Assembly: GCA_016204255.1 (NCBI GenBank)
Contig: JACQLA010000003.1
Span: 106,255-170,254 of the forward strand
DNA length: 64,000 bases
Direction: 5' to 3'
DNA from: Candidatus Microgenomates bacterium
Lineage (GTDB): Bacteria > Patescibacteriota > Microgenomatia > JACQLA01
The translations under genes and the position numbers were made by a program. The notes below the pieces were generated by a model. That model saw nothing but the letters and a program-made list of their open reading frames with translations, had not been told where the DNA came from and ran no database searches. Position 1 is the stretch's first letter. Each line of letters begins with the position of its first letter. Of the stretch, positions 43,325 to 52,693 are shown piece after piece.

Positions 43325-43992
43325 TGATTGTTCTTAAACTTGATCATGTTACGAAGTTTTACAAAACAGGACCGGAAACAGGCTATACAGCCTTAAATGA
43401 CGTCAGTTTCGAAATTAAAACAGGTGATTTTGTAGCCATCATGGGGCCTTCAGGAAGTGGTAAATCCACTTTTATGCATATCGCCGGCTGTTTGGACACC
43501 CCCAGTAAAGGAAAAGTTTTTCTCGAGGGCGAGGATGTATCAAAATTATCAGAAACAGAGCTTGCCCAAATCAGAAATAAAAAAATTGGCTTTGTTTTCC
43601 AAGCTTTTAATCTCCTGCCAAAAACAACAGCCCTAGACAACGTGGCCCTGCCCCTTGTTTATCGCGGACTTCCAGTCTCTCAAAGAAAAGAGATGGCAAT
43701 GGCGGCGTTAAAAACTGTTGATCTTGAAAAACGCGCGCATCACCTTTCAAACCAACTCTCCGGGGGGGAAAGGCAAAGAGTTGCTATCGCCCGAGCCTTG
43801 GTGACCAATCCTTCAATAATCTTTGCCGATGAGCCGACGGGAAATTTAGATACTAAATCAAGCCTGGAAATCATGGAAATTTTTAGAAAGTTAAACCGCG
43901 AGGGACGCACTATAGTTCTGGTAACCCACGAAAAAGAAATTGCTGATCACGCCAAAAGTTTAATCAGGATTCGCGATGGAAGAATTATTTGA
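43324..43992 (+). CDS. ABC transporter ATP-binding protein (MacB/LolD-type)
   Basis: Walker A GPSGSGKST, Q loop, signature LSGGERQR, Walker B IIFADEPT, H-loop VTHE. Confidence 0.95.
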   Translation: MIVLKLDHVTKFYKTGPETGYTALNDVSFEIKTGDFVAIMGPSGSGKSTFMHIAGCLDTPSKGKVFLEGEDVSKLSETELAQIRNKKIGFVFQAFNLLPKTTALDNVALPLVYRGLPVSQRKEMAMAALKTVDLEKRAHHLSNQLSGGERQRVAIARALVTNPSIIFADEPTGNLDTKSSLEIMEIFRKLNREGRTIVLVTHEKEIADHAKSLIRIRDGRII

Positions 43993-45187
43993 AACCATAA
44001 AAATTTCCTCAGGAGCGCTAAAAACTAATAAGTTAAGGTCGGCGCTGACTATACTCGGAATCACAATTGGGGTAAGCTCGGTCATTCTTCTGGTCTCAAT
44101 CGGTTCCGGGCTGAAAAATTATATAACCGCCCAACTCCAGGACTTGGGTGCCGACACTTTGTTTGTCATCCCGGGTGAATTTGAAATTGGCCCCGGCGGA
44201 GGCGGAAGCGGGGGACCACCAGGGGCCGGGGTATCTGCATCAAAGTTCACTTTTGATCATATTAAGGACCTCCAAAGAGGACAAACCATTAAGGGAGTCA
44301 TGGCATACACCGAAAATAATGGCACACTAAAATATAAGGCTAAAACCCAAACTGCTCAAATAGCCGGGGTTGGACCTAATTATCAGGAAATCCGCAATCA
44401 AAAGGTTAAGCAGGGATCATTTTTTACCGTCTCCCAGTACAACGCCGGCAAAAAAGTGACTGTCTTGGGTCAAACCGCCGCGGAGAAGCTTTTTGGCGGA
44501 GAAGATCCCATCGGGAAAAAGATAACCATCGCTGATCAACGCTACACCGTATTGGGAGTTTTGGAAAAAAAGGGAGCTTTTGGCAGTATTGATCTGGATA
44601 ATCAAGCCTTTATTCCGGCGACCACCGCTACCCGCCAATTTGATATAGAGCATGTTCAGTCTCTCTGGGTTAAAGCTAAAAGCGCCGATTCAATTAGTCA
44701 AACCAAAAAGGAGATTGAAAAAATCTTTCTTAAAACTCTTAAAGAAGATGAATTTTCTATTTTGGATACCCAAAGTATTTTGAATGTGATTTCAAGTGTC
44801 TTGGGTGTTTTAACGGCCGCTTTGGGGGGAATTGCTGCTATTTCGCTTGTTGTCGGAGGAATCGGCATTATGAACATCATGCTTGTTTCTGTCACGGAAA
44901 GAACCAAAGAAATTGGTTTAAGAAAGGCCGTTGGAGCAACCCCCCGGGCAATCCTAATTCAATTTTTAATTGAGTCTGTTATACTTTCTTTCCTGGGCGG
45001 GGCGATTGGAATCGCCCTAGGTATCGGCGGTTCAATCATCATCGCCCGCTTCTTTACCGCCGCCGTCACTCCCTGGGCCATTATTTTAGCCTTCGGTATT
45101 TCCACGCTTGTTGGTATTATTTTCGGCGTTGCCCCGGCGGCGCGTGCTGCCCGTCTTAATCCCATTGAAGCCTTACGATACGAATAA
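43976..45187 (+). CDS. ABC transporter permease (MacB/FtsX-like)
   Basis: 403 aa. TM1, large periplasmic domain, then three C-terminal TM helices with RTKEIGLRKAVGA (FtsX motif). Confidence 0.9.
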   Translation: MEELFETIKISSGALKTNKLRSALTILGITIGVSSVILLVSIGSGLKNYITAQLQDLGADTLFVIPGEFEIGPGGGGSGGPPGAGVSASKFTFDHIKDLQRGQTIKGVMAYTENNGTLKYKAKTQTAQIAGVGPNYQEIRNQKVKQGSFFTVSQYNAGKKVTVLGQTAAEKLFGGEDPIGKKITIADQRYTVLGVLEKKGAFGSIDLDNQAFIPATTATRQFDIEHVQSLWVKAKSADSISQTKKEIEKIFLKTLKEDEFSILDTQSILNVISSVLGVLTAALGGIAAISLVVGGIGIMNIMLVSVTERTKEIGLRKAVGATPRAILIQFLIESVILSFLGGAIGIALGIGGSIIIARFFTAAVTPWAIILAFGISTLVGIIFGVAPAARAARLNPIEALRYE

Positions 45188-45402
45188 GCTTGACGATAGG
45201 ATTGAATTCCTGTTAAGCTGAAATGGTAAAAGAAAGGGGTGATCATAAAATGACCACGCTCCTTTGGATCATAATTGTTTTGGTCGTCATAAGCATCGCC
45301 TGGTATCTTTTGCGGGCTAAATAACTTTTATCACCACCTAATGCCGGCCCGGATCATGTGCGGTATTTGAGAAAATACGCAAATCATGATAAAATCCCCC
45401 TC

Positions 45403-46239
45403 ATGGCAACAAAGTCGCAAATAAACCGCCTTCCAAACTCAACGTTTGAATTAACCATCACGGTTCCCTGGTCACAGGTAAAATTTTCAATCGATAAGCT
45501 CACCGAGCAGTCTTTAAAGGAGGTTGAAGTTAAAGGTTTTCGAAAAGGTAAAGCCCCAAAGAAAATCGCTGAGCAGAAACTTGATAAAGACCAGCTTTTC
45601 CAGGAAGCAGTCAGACAGATAGTTCCTGAAGCCTACCTCGAAGCTATTAAAACCGAAAACCTTCACCCAATCGTCAATCCAAAAATTGAGCTTTTATCTT
45701 TTAAAGAGGGTGAAGATTGGATTTTTAAGGCATCTGCCTGTGAAAAGCCAAAAATCAGCCTGGGGAATTATAAAGAGAAAATTAAGGAAATAACCGCGAA
45801 AAGCAAAATCGTTGTTCCGGGAAAGGAAAATAACGAGGAGCCAAAATTAGACGAAATTGTCAAAGTAATCCTTGAGTCAGCAGAAATTGACCTGCCTCAA
45901 CTTTTAATCGAGAATGAGGTAAATCGACTTTTGGCAAAAACTTTAGACGAAATCAAGGCTCTAGGTCTCACTCTTGAACAATATTTGTCTTCAGTTGGAA
46001 AGACCCCAGAAGGGTTGAGGGAAGAATATACTCAAAAGGCGGCAAATGACTTAAAGCTAGAGTTTATTTTAGAAGAAATCGCCGAAACCGAAAGTATCAC
46101 CGTCACCCCGGAAGATATTGAAAAAGTGATTAAGGAAACTAAAGACCCTCAGGCTCAGGTTTCGCTACGCGGCAACTCCTATCTTTTGGCTGCTATTATC
46201 CGCCAGCAAAAAACGCTTGACTTCATTAAGAACCTGTAA
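45403..46239 (+). CDS. tig: Trigger factor, short form lacking the PPIase domain
   Basis: ATG 45403 (MATKSQINRLP). Ribosome-binding signature GFRKGKAP. About 278 aa versus about 430 in canonical TF, with the N and C domains joined directly. Confidence 0.8.
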   Translation: MATKSQINRLPNSTFELTITVPWSQVKFSIDKLTEQSLKEVEVKGFRKGKAPKKIAEQKLDKDQLFQEAVRQIVPEAYLEAIKTENLHPIVNPKIELLSFKEGEDWIFKASACEKPKISLGNYKEKIKEITAKSKIVVPGKENNEEPKLDEIVKVILESAEIDLPQLLIENEVNRLLAKTLDEIKALGLTLEQYLSSVGKTPEGLREEYTQKAANDLKLEFILEEIAETESITVTPEDIEKVIKETKDPQAQVSLRGNSYLLAAIIRQQKTLDFIKNL

Positions 46240-46321
46240 TAAAATTATGAAGGTAAGATTAAAAGGCCTTGATCTTATTATTTATCCTGCCTAATTAAAA
46301 ATTTGTGCCTAGGTTAACGCC

Positions 46322-46984
46322 ATGGCAGGCAAAACAAACACAAAAAGACCATCCCCTAAGTGGAATGGTAATTTTTTAGAAGCTTTTAAGGATTTAGCTG
46401 GGAGCGTCGGCGAAAGCTTTACTGATGATTTAATCAAAGGTGGAGCAAAAGACATAGCCGATGATTTTGGCGAGCTTTTGGGCGTTAAATCCATACACGC
46501 CTCCGGGACGCTCTCCTCGGGAGAGCAGTTGGATGTGACGGCGCTTGAAGCAAATTTTCGAGCGGAAAAAAAGTCCAAAGAAAACCCTCAGGGAGCACCG
46601 GAAAAACAAGCTGTTCGCCGAACACCAGAAAACTTTGTTTTCCTACAAAAAGAGAAGGACTTGGAAAATGAGGTCGAAGCTCTCTTGGCCGAAATAAAAA
46701 GAGAAGTAAAACGATTCGAAGAAGCCACAGAGAATTTAGAAGTCGAGGTCGCAAAAATAACCGTTGAAGAAACACCGCCGAATCCTGGTATTTATCATGT
46801 TAATTTTTTTGAATGGTTGCTTGGTATTTTAAAGACACTTAAAGTCAAAGTCGAAAGCGCAAATCTTTGGTTATCAGCCGTTCAGTCACGAAAAGCCAAA
46901 AAGGGCTATTGGTCAAGCTTTAAAAAACACGGAACAAGTTTTGGAATGTCCAGTGAACGCGTCGTTTCAACTCAAACCGGTTAA
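46322..46984 (+). CDS. Hypothetical protein
   Basis: 220-aa ORF with a coiled-coil-like middle and a hydrophobic segment near aa 160-175. No family recognised. Confidence 0.55.
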   Translation: MAGKTNTKRPSPKWNGNFLEAFKDLAGSVGESFTDDLIKGGAKDIADDFGELLGVKSIHASGTLSSGEQLDVTALEANFRAEKKSKENPQGAPEKQAVRRTPENFVFLQKEKDLENEVEALLAEIKREVKRFEEATENLEVEVAKITVEETPPNPGIYHVNFFEWLLGILKTLKVKVESANLWLSAVQSRKAKKGYWSSFKKHGTSFGMSSERVVSTQTG

Positions 46985-47109
46985 CATGCAATCAATTTGT
47001 TTCCTCACCAGCCTTTACCTTAACCTTCTCCTTAAAAGGGGAGTTCTGGCGTGGGAGGAAGAAAAAAGAAATTAGTAATTAGTAATTAGGAATTAAGATT
47101 TTTAAACCG

Positions 47110-47133
47110 CCTCCCGAATCGGGAGGTTTTTTT
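47110..47133 (+). terminator. Hairpin CCUCCCGA-A-UCGGGAGG + U7 (terminator or 5'-UTR stem)
   Basis: Seen in sequence. Similar hairpins at 50961 and 54865, each just upstream of a small orphan ORF. Confidence 0.45.
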
Positions 47134-47149
47134 CGTTTAAAGGAGGAAA

Positions 47150-47356
47150 ATGAATAAAGAAATTTCGCACGGAATGGTCCCATATAGGGCGACGGCGGAA
47201 GTTACCGATCGAAAGGGACCAGAATTCTGGAATGAGACATTAATTAAAGATGTTGTCCTGGGGACAAATGAATCAAGTTGCTCCTTAAAAGCTAACGCTA
47301 TGTACAAAGATCCTAAAGAAGCCCGTAAAAGATTTGTCGATGATATGAACGCTTAA
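47150..47356 (+). CDS. Small hypothetical protein (68 aa)
   Basis: AAGGAGG 6 nt upstream of the ATG. No family recognised. Confidence 0.5.
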   Translation: MNKEISHGMVPYRATAEVTDRKGPEFWNETLIKDVVLGTNESSCSLKANAMYKDPKEARKRFVDDMNA

Positions 47357-47430
47357 AAGTGAAAAATTCGATAAAACGACTCTTTTGAGCTTGCTTTAAC
47401 TTAGAAATATTGCTAAAATTGAAGAAACGT

Positions 47431-47504
47431 GGGCGGTTAGCTCAGTTGGTTAGAGCGTCACGTTGACATCGTGAAGGCCAGAGGTTCGAGTCCTCTATCG
47501 CCCA
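47431..47504 (+). tRNA. tRNA-Val (GAC)
   Basis: GGGCGGU-UA-GCUC-AGUUGGUUA-GAGC-G-UCACG-UUGACAU-CGUGA-AGGCC-AGAGG-UUCGAGU-CCUCU-AUCGCCC-A. Confidence 0.9.
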
Positions 47505-47520
47505 CAGTCTTAAAATAATT

Positions 47521-47757
47521 ATGGATGAAGTACAACGAGGAGCAGACGCGATTTACAAATCCCGCGGACATATCGTCCTTGATAATTTCTTGGGCGGAAT
47601 TGCCTGGGGCTTGGGAACAGTAATTGGCGCCACAGCAGTTATTGGATTTTTAGTGTATCTTTTGAGTCAAATTAATTTCGTTCCCGGAATCGGCGAGTTT
47701 GTCTCTCAAATAATTTCAACAATTAATCAATCTCAAAATCCTCAACTTATTAGATAA
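47521..47757 (+). CDS. Small membrane protein, hypothetical
   Basis: 78 aa with one or two TM segments (GGIAWGLGTVIGATAVIGFLVYLL). Ends 1 nt before thrS. Confidence 0.5.
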   Translation: MDEVQRGADAIYKSRGHIVLDNFLGGIAWGLGTVIGATAVIGFLVYLLSQINFVPGIGEFVSQIISTINQSQNPQLIR

Positions 47758-47758
47758 A

Positions 47759-49498
47759 ATGACAAGTCCTGATCTTTCCACTATGCGACATTCCTGCGAA
47801 CATGTCCTAATGATGGCCATGCTGAAATTCTATCCTGGATTAAAAATGGCCATGGGACCGGCTACTGATGAAGGATTTTATTTTGATTTTGATTACGACC
47901 AAAGAATTTCGGAATCGGATTTCCCCAAAATTGAAGAAGAAATGAAAAAAATTATTAAAGCAGATTTACCTTTTGTACAAAGGGAAGCAACAGCTGAGGA
48001 GGTTCGGAAAATATTCGTCGATAATCCATACAAGCTAGAATGGTTAGACGATATTGAAAAAGAGAATAAAAAACCAATTTTATTCTCAACCGGTGGAGAT
48101 TTTATTGATCTATGTTCCGGACCGCATGTTGAATCAACCGGCAAAATCGGGCCGTTCAAACTTTTATCGATTGCCGGAGCCTACTGGCGGGGAAGTGAAA
48201 AAAATAAGATGCTCACCCGCATCTATGGTACCTGTTTTCCAACAAAGGAGGAGCTGGAAAAATATCTCTGGCAGCTAGAAGAGGCAAAAAAACGAGACCA
48301 CCGCAAAATTGGCACTCAGCTGGGACTCTGGACTTTTTCAGAATTAGTGGGAACCGGACTACCGTTATTTACCCAAAAAGGAGCTTTAGTCAGACAACTT
48401 ATAAATGATTTTGTAGAAAATTTACAATCGAAGCAAGGCATCTCTCAAGTTTGGACTCCTCAAATTACGAAAGCCGAACTGTTTAAAATTTCCGGACATT
48501 ACGAAAAGTACCGCGAAAATATGTTTGAAGTTCATTCTCACTATTCAAAAGAGGAGTTTTTCTTAAAACCCATGAACTGCCCGCAGCATACTCAGATATA
48601 TGCTTCCGCACAAAGAAGCTATCGAGATCTGCCTATCAGAATGGCGGATTTTGCCATGCTTTACCGTGACGAAAAAGTGGGCGAATTAATTGGATTGGCT
48701 AGAACACGATCATTTTCTCAGGATGACTGCCATGTTTTTTGTAGAGAGGATCAAATTATTGAAGAGGCGAATCTGGCCCTGGACATGACAAAAAAAGTAA
48801 TGGAAACATACGGGTTTAATTATCGCTATCGCCTTTCTTTACGAGATCCCGAGCATCCTGAAAAATATATCGGCGAAGCAAAAACTTGGGAAAAAGCCCA
48901 AGAGCTATCTGAACAAATTTTAAAAGACCGCGGTGTTGATTATTTTGTAGGGGTCGGCGAGGCTGCTTTTTATGCCCCCAAGCTTGATTTAATTGCCACC
49001 GATTCTATCGGAAGAGAGTGGCAGCTTTCAACATTGCAAATTGATTTTTTTATGCCGGAGAAATTTGGTTTAACTTACATAGATAAACAGGGCAAGGAGC
49101 AAAGACCTGTTATGCTCCATCGGGCTATTTGTGGCTCTTCAGAAAGATTAATGGCCATTTTGTTAGAACATTACAATGGAGCTTTACCCGTCTGGCTTTC
49201 TCCAGTTCAAGCCAAAATCTTGCCCCTTACCGACCGCCAACTTGAGCATGGAAAAACACTGCTTTCCGCTTTTACCAAAGCCGAAATTCGGGCCGAGCTC
49301 GATGATAGAAACGAAACGCTCCAGGCTAAAATCCGCGATGCCACTTTACAAAAAGTGCCTTATATGGTAATAGTAGGAGATCGTGAAATGAAAGAGAACA
49401 AAATTAGTGTTCGGACACGGGAAGGAAAAGATCTGGGCGCATCCGATTTGACAGAATTTATTAAAAAAATTAAACTTGAAGTTGAAGAAAAGATATAA
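47759..49498 (+). CDS. thrS: Threonyl-tRNA synthetase (no N-terminal TGS domain)
   Basis: Editing-domain HSCEHVL at the N-terminus, class II motifs (FRDE-like YRDEKVGEL, GLARTRSFSQDD), anticodon-binding C-terminus. Confidence 0.95.
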   Translation: MTSPDLSTMRHSCEHVLMMAMLKFYPGLKMAMGPATDEGFYFDFDYDQRISESDFPKIEEEMKKIIKADLPFVQREATAEEVRKIFVDNPYKLEWLDDIEKENKKPILFSTGGDFIDLCSGPHVESTGKIGPFKLLSIAGAYWRGSEKNKMLTRIYGTCFPTKEELEKYLWQLEEAKKRDHRKIGTQLGLWTFSELVGTGLPLFTQKGALVRQLINDFVENLQSKQGISQVWTPQITKAELFKISGHYEKYRENMFEVHSHYSKEEFFLKPMNCPQHTQIYASAQRSYRDLPIRMADFAMLYRDEKVGELIGLARTRSFSQDDCHVFCREDQIIEEANLALDMTKKVMETYGFNYRYRLSLRDPEHPEKYIGEAKTWEKAQELSEQILKDRGVDYFVGVGEAAFYAPKLDLIATDSIGREWQLSTLQIDFFMPEKFGLTYIDKQGKEQRPVMLHRAICGSSERLMAILLEHYNGALPVWLSPVQAKILPLTDRQLEHGKTLLSAFTKAEIRAELDDRNETLQAKIRDATLQKVPYMVIVGDREMKENKISVRTREGKDLGASDLTEFIKKIKLEVEEKI

Positions 49499-49505
49499 AG
49501 ATTAA

Positions 49506-50051
49506 GTGCAAGCAAAAAAGGTTTTTTATCGGTTAAATTTTAATATTACTGCTCCGAAAATCAGACTGATTGACGAGAGCGGTAAGCAGATTGGCATAGT
49601 TGAGAAAGAAGAGGCTTTAAAAAAAGCTCAAGAGCTAGAGATCGATTTAGTTGAAATCGCACCGAACGCTAATCCTCCAGTATGCCGACTAATTGATTTT
49701 AAAAAATTTAGATATTTACAGGCCAGAAAAGAAAGGGAAGAACGTAAAAAGGTAAAAGCGGTTGATCTTAAAGAAGTGCAAATGGGGCCGTTTGTCGCCG
49801 ATCACGATCTGGCCACTCGACTTGAAAGGATTAAAGAATTTTTAACAGATGGCGATCGGGTCAAAGTCAATATTCGCTTTACCGGAAGACAGATGGCCCA
49901 TCCCGAATTCGGCTTTGAGCTTTTAAAAAAGATTAAAGAAAGTCTTGGGGAAATCGCACACGTTGAAAGAGAACCAAAATTTGAAGGACGGGTTTTAAGT
50001 TTGATTTTAAGTAAGAGTCGCGCAAAAAGAGAGGAAAACTCTACAGTTTAA
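49506..50051 (+). CDS. infC: Translation initiation factor IF-3
   Basis: IRLIDESGKQIGIV, IDLVEIAPNANPPVCRLIDF, C-domain KVNIRFTGRQMAH. Non-ATG start, as usual for infC. Confidence 0.9.
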   Translation: MQAKKVFYRLNFNITAPKIRLIDESGKQIGIVEKEEALKKAQELEIDLVEIAPNANPPVCRLIDFKKFRYLQARKEREERKKVKAVDLKEVQMGPFVADHDLATRLERIKEFLTDGDRVKVNIRFTGRQMAHPEFGFELLKKIKESLGEIAHVEREPKFEGRVLSLILSKSRAKREENSTV

Positions 50052-50057
50052 AATTAT

Positions 50058-50255
50058 ATGCCAAAAGTTAAAACAAGAACTGCTGCTAAAAAAAGATTTC
50101 GAATTACTAAAACCGGAAAAATCATGCGCGGCCGTCAATATGGTCGCCATTTAAAAACTAAAAAAAGCGCCAGTAGATCAAGGCGCCATAAAGAACCAGC
50201 AAAGGTTACTGGCAAATCAGCAAGAACAATTAGACGGATGCTGCCTTATTCTTGA
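50058..50255 (+). CDS. rpmI: Ribosomal protein L35
   Basis: MPKVKTRTAAKKRFRITKTGKIMRG... typical L35. Confidence 0.9.
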   Translation: MPKVKTRTAAKKRFRITKTGKIMRGRQYGRHLKTKKSASRSRRHKEPAKVTGKSARTIRRMLPYS

Positions 50256-50448
50256 GAAAATAAGGAGCGCAGCGACGTAATTTTCGAGAAAACAAACTCT
50301 GCTTATGGATAAAGGTAAGGGTCTAGGAAAAAGAAGATTAAATATTAATTTTAGACAGACAAGAAAAAGCCGAAACGCTAACAACGCTAATCGAAATTTC
50401 GGCCGATATCAACGGATGGAGCCGTACGGAAAAAAACCGTAAATTATT

Positions 50449-50799
50449 ATGGCAAGAATTAAAAGGGGCATAACCGCCCATCGCAAACATAAAAAACTTT
50501 TAAAACTGACTAAGGGTTATCGAATGACCCGGCATCGGTTGGTCAAGGTCGCCAAAGAGGCAGCTTTGCACGCGGGTGCTTATGCTTATCATGGCCGGAA
50601 ATTAAGAAAGCGGGATATGCGCCAGCTTTGGATTTTACGCATATCAGAAGCGACAAAACAGGAAGGTATTTCTTACAGTAAATTTGTTGCCGGAATGAAA
50701 AAAGCCCAAATTGAACTTGATCGCAAAATCTTAGCACAACTCATTTCCGAAGATCCCCAAACCTTCAAGTTCATCGTTGATCGCGTCAAACAGGCCTAA
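50449..50799 (+). CDS. rplT: Ribosomal protein L20
   Basis: MARIKRGITAHRKHKKLLKLTKGYRM... typical L20. Confidence 0.95.
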   Translation: MARIKRGITAHRKHKKLLKLTKGYRMTRHRLVKVAKEAALHAGAYAYHGRKLRKRDMRQLWILRISEATKQEGISYSKFVAGMKKAQIELDRKILAQLISEDPQTFKFIVDRVKQA

Positions 50800-50810
50800 A
50801 GAAAGGTGTC

Positions 50811-50839
50811 TTGACAAAGTTAAAAGTTCGAAGTAGAAT
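50811..50839 (+). promoter_or_regulatory. Near-consensus sigma70-type promoter downstream of rplT
   Basis: TTGACA (50811-50816), 17-nt spacer, TAGAAT (50834-50839). Confidence 0.5.
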
Positions 50840-50960
50840 AATTTTTATCTTATGAAAGCTTTAATAACCTTTTTTGGATTTTGGTACTTTTTTACCCCTT
50901 GTCCAAGGGAGGTCAGATTGCTGGTAAAATAACCAAAATTTAAAAGACCAAGCAAAACAG

Positions 50961-50982
50961 CCTCCCAACCGGGAGGTTTTTT
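50961..50982 (+). terminator. Hairpin CCUCCC-AACC-GGGAGG + U6
   Basis: Seen in sequence. Same design as 47110 and 54865. Confidence 0.45.
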
Positions 50983-50997
50983 AGTGGTCGGAAGGGG

Positions 50998-51195
50998 GTG
51001 AAAACTGTGGGAAAAACTGAATGTTTAAGGTTAAATCATACAGGTAATTGTGGCGGGTGTAATATTGTAGAAATTGCCGAAAGAATAGATGGTCCAAGAC
51101 CAACGGAAAACACTCTCACAAAGCTCGCTGGAAAATATTGCCCGGAGGGAGAACGACCAATTCTGCCACCAAAAGAAAAACCATCAATTTGGTAA
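50998..51195 (+). CDS. Small Cys-containing hypothetical protein (65 aa)
   Basis: GTG start 5 nt after GGAAGGGGG. CxxxxxxxxCGGC pattern. No family recognised. Confidence 0.4.
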   Translation: MKTVGKTECLRLNHTGNCGGCNIVEIAERIDGPRPTENTLTKLAGKYCPEGERPILPPKEKPSIW

Positions 51196-51231
51196 TTTAA
51201 AACTGTTTAAATTTTTAAGGAGGTGATAAAT

Positions 51232-51420
51232 ATGGGAAACCATGAAAGACAAACTAACTGTACGGATCTCGGAATAGCGGTAAACAAAGTCGTCATTGCA
51301 AAACAAAATAGTGGTCATGAAACCGAACAGGCTGTAAGAAATTTGGCTGACTTACTTAGTCAAAACCCTGATTTAATTGACGGCCTAGTCTCTCATCAAG
51401 CGGAAGAAACTGTAAAATGA
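51232..51420 (+). CDS. Small hypothetical protein (62 aa)
   Basis: ATG 51232 lies 8 nt after AAGGAGG. The track starts at GTG 51223. Confidence 0.5.
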   Translation: MGNHERQTNCTDLGIAVNKVVIAKQNSGHETEQAVRNLADLLSQNPDLIDGLVSHQAEETVK

Positions 51421-51447
51421 GTTGTTTAAAAAAGATTTGCTCATTAT

Positions 51448-51585
51448 TGTCATTTCGAGCCCCGATTAAATCGGGGCGAGAAATCTAACGAAGCCGTGTC
51501 TGATGTGGCGAAGCGTAAATTGCGGCACTTCGTGCCTACCTGCCTCGCAGCAAGGCGGGGATTTCTCATTTCATTCGAAATGACC
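51448..51585. repeat. Inverted-repeat element, long composite member
   Basis: TGTCATTTCGAGCCCCGATTAAATCGGGGCGAGAAATCTAACGAAG...GGGGATTTCTCATTTCATTCGAAATGAC, 138 bp. Confidence 0.7.
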
Positions 51586-51654
51586 AAAGCTATCAAACGC
51601 TTTTAATCTGCTGTTCTTGTGAGGCAGGCTATTTTTATGTTATCCTATGCGGGT

Positions 51655-52686
51655 ATGCAAGAAAAGTTGATGGGTCTGAAAAATGAAGCCCTGGCAATGA
51701 TTCTGGGTGCTGAAAGTGCGGTTGAGCTTGAGGAAATCCGGATTCAATTTTTGGGGAAAAAAGGAAAATTAACTCTTCTTTTAAAAGAGATCCCCCATTT
51801 GGGAAAAGAGGAGCGACCGATTGTTGGCGCCTTAATCAACGAAGTTAAAAAATCAATCGAGGAGGGACTTGAGGAAAAAAATTCAGGATTGGGCGCTACC
51901 TCTGTTTCTGAAAAAGACTGGATTGATGTTACTCTTCCCGGTCAAAGGCCACCCGAGGGGCACCTGCATCTTTTAACCCAGGCAATTGAGGAAATCACCT
52001 CGACATTCGAAAAAATCGGCTTTACGCGGAGAAGATATCCGGAAATCGAGTGGGATTGGTATGCTTTCGGCAGTTTAAATATGCCCTCAGGACATCCGGC
52101 GCGGGATGAGTGGGAAACATTTTTTATTGATGAAAAACCGCATCCCAAATTAGGACAGATGGTTCTAACACCCCACACCTCGTCCGGACAGTTGCGAGAG
52201 ATGGAGCAAAACGAGCCCCCAATTCGGATGATTAATATTTCCAAATGCTACCGCCGGCAATACGATGTTTCTCACACTCCGATGTTTCATCAATTTGAAG
52301 GGCTGTTAATTGATAAAGGAATTGCCATTACTCATTTAAAAGGCATTTTAGATTATTTTGTCCGCGAATTTTTTGGACCCAAACGGAAATCACGAATCAG
52401 ACCATTTCATTTTCGCTTTACCGAGCCATCGTTTGAAGTTGATGTTACTTGTGATGTTTGTTTGGGTAAGGGTTGCAAGCTTTGCAAAGAAGGCTGGTTG
52501 GAGCTGGGGGGAGCAGGAATGGTTCATCCGCAGGTTTTGAAAAATGGAGGCATTAATCCCCAGGTTTATACCGGTTTTGCTTTCGGTTGGGGCGTGGAAA
52601 GAACTTATCTGATGAAAGAGGGTTTAAAAATTGGAGATGTGCGCCTACTTTACGATAATGACATCCGATTCTTGGAGCAGTTTTAA
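51655..52686 (+). CDS. pheS: Phenylalanyl-tRNA synthetase alpha subunit
   Basis: Class II motifs (HPARDEWETFF, CYRRQYDVSHTPMFHQFEG, GWGVERT). Start ambiguous (ATG 51655 or 51637, GTG 51619). Confidence 0.9.
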   Translation: MQEKLMGLKNEALAMILGAESAVELEEIRIQFLGKKGKLTLLLKEIPHLGKEERPIVGALINEVKKSIEEGLEEKNSGLGATSVSEKDWIDVTLPGQRPPEGHLHLLTQAIEEITSTFEKIGFTRRRYPEIEWDWYAFGSLNMPSGHPARDEWETFFIDEKPHPKLGQMVLTPHTSSGQLREMEQNEPPIRMINISKCYRRQYDVSHTPMFHQFEGLLIDKGIAITHLKGILDYFVREFFGPKRKSRIRPFHFRFTEPSFEVDVTCDVCLGKGCKLCKEGWLELGGAGMVHPQVLKNGGINPQVYTGFAFGWGVERTYLMKEGLKIGDVRLLYDNDIRFLEQF

Positions 52687-52693
52687 GTCTTTC

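Noticed and set aside
45250-45324. Small hydrophobic ORFs: 24 aa at 45250-45324 (after AAGGGGTGA), 31 aa at 59234-59329, 26 aa at 50852-50932
   Set aside because: They are plausible membrane micro-peptides, but nothing beyond an open frame supports them, and two lack a Shine-Dalgarno sequence. Not called as genes.
47071-47098. Four tandem 7-bp units (ATTAGTA ATTAGTA ATTAGGA ATTAAGA)
   Set aside because: It is too short and AT-rich to interpret. It overlaps a possible -10 region and is probably a slippage product.
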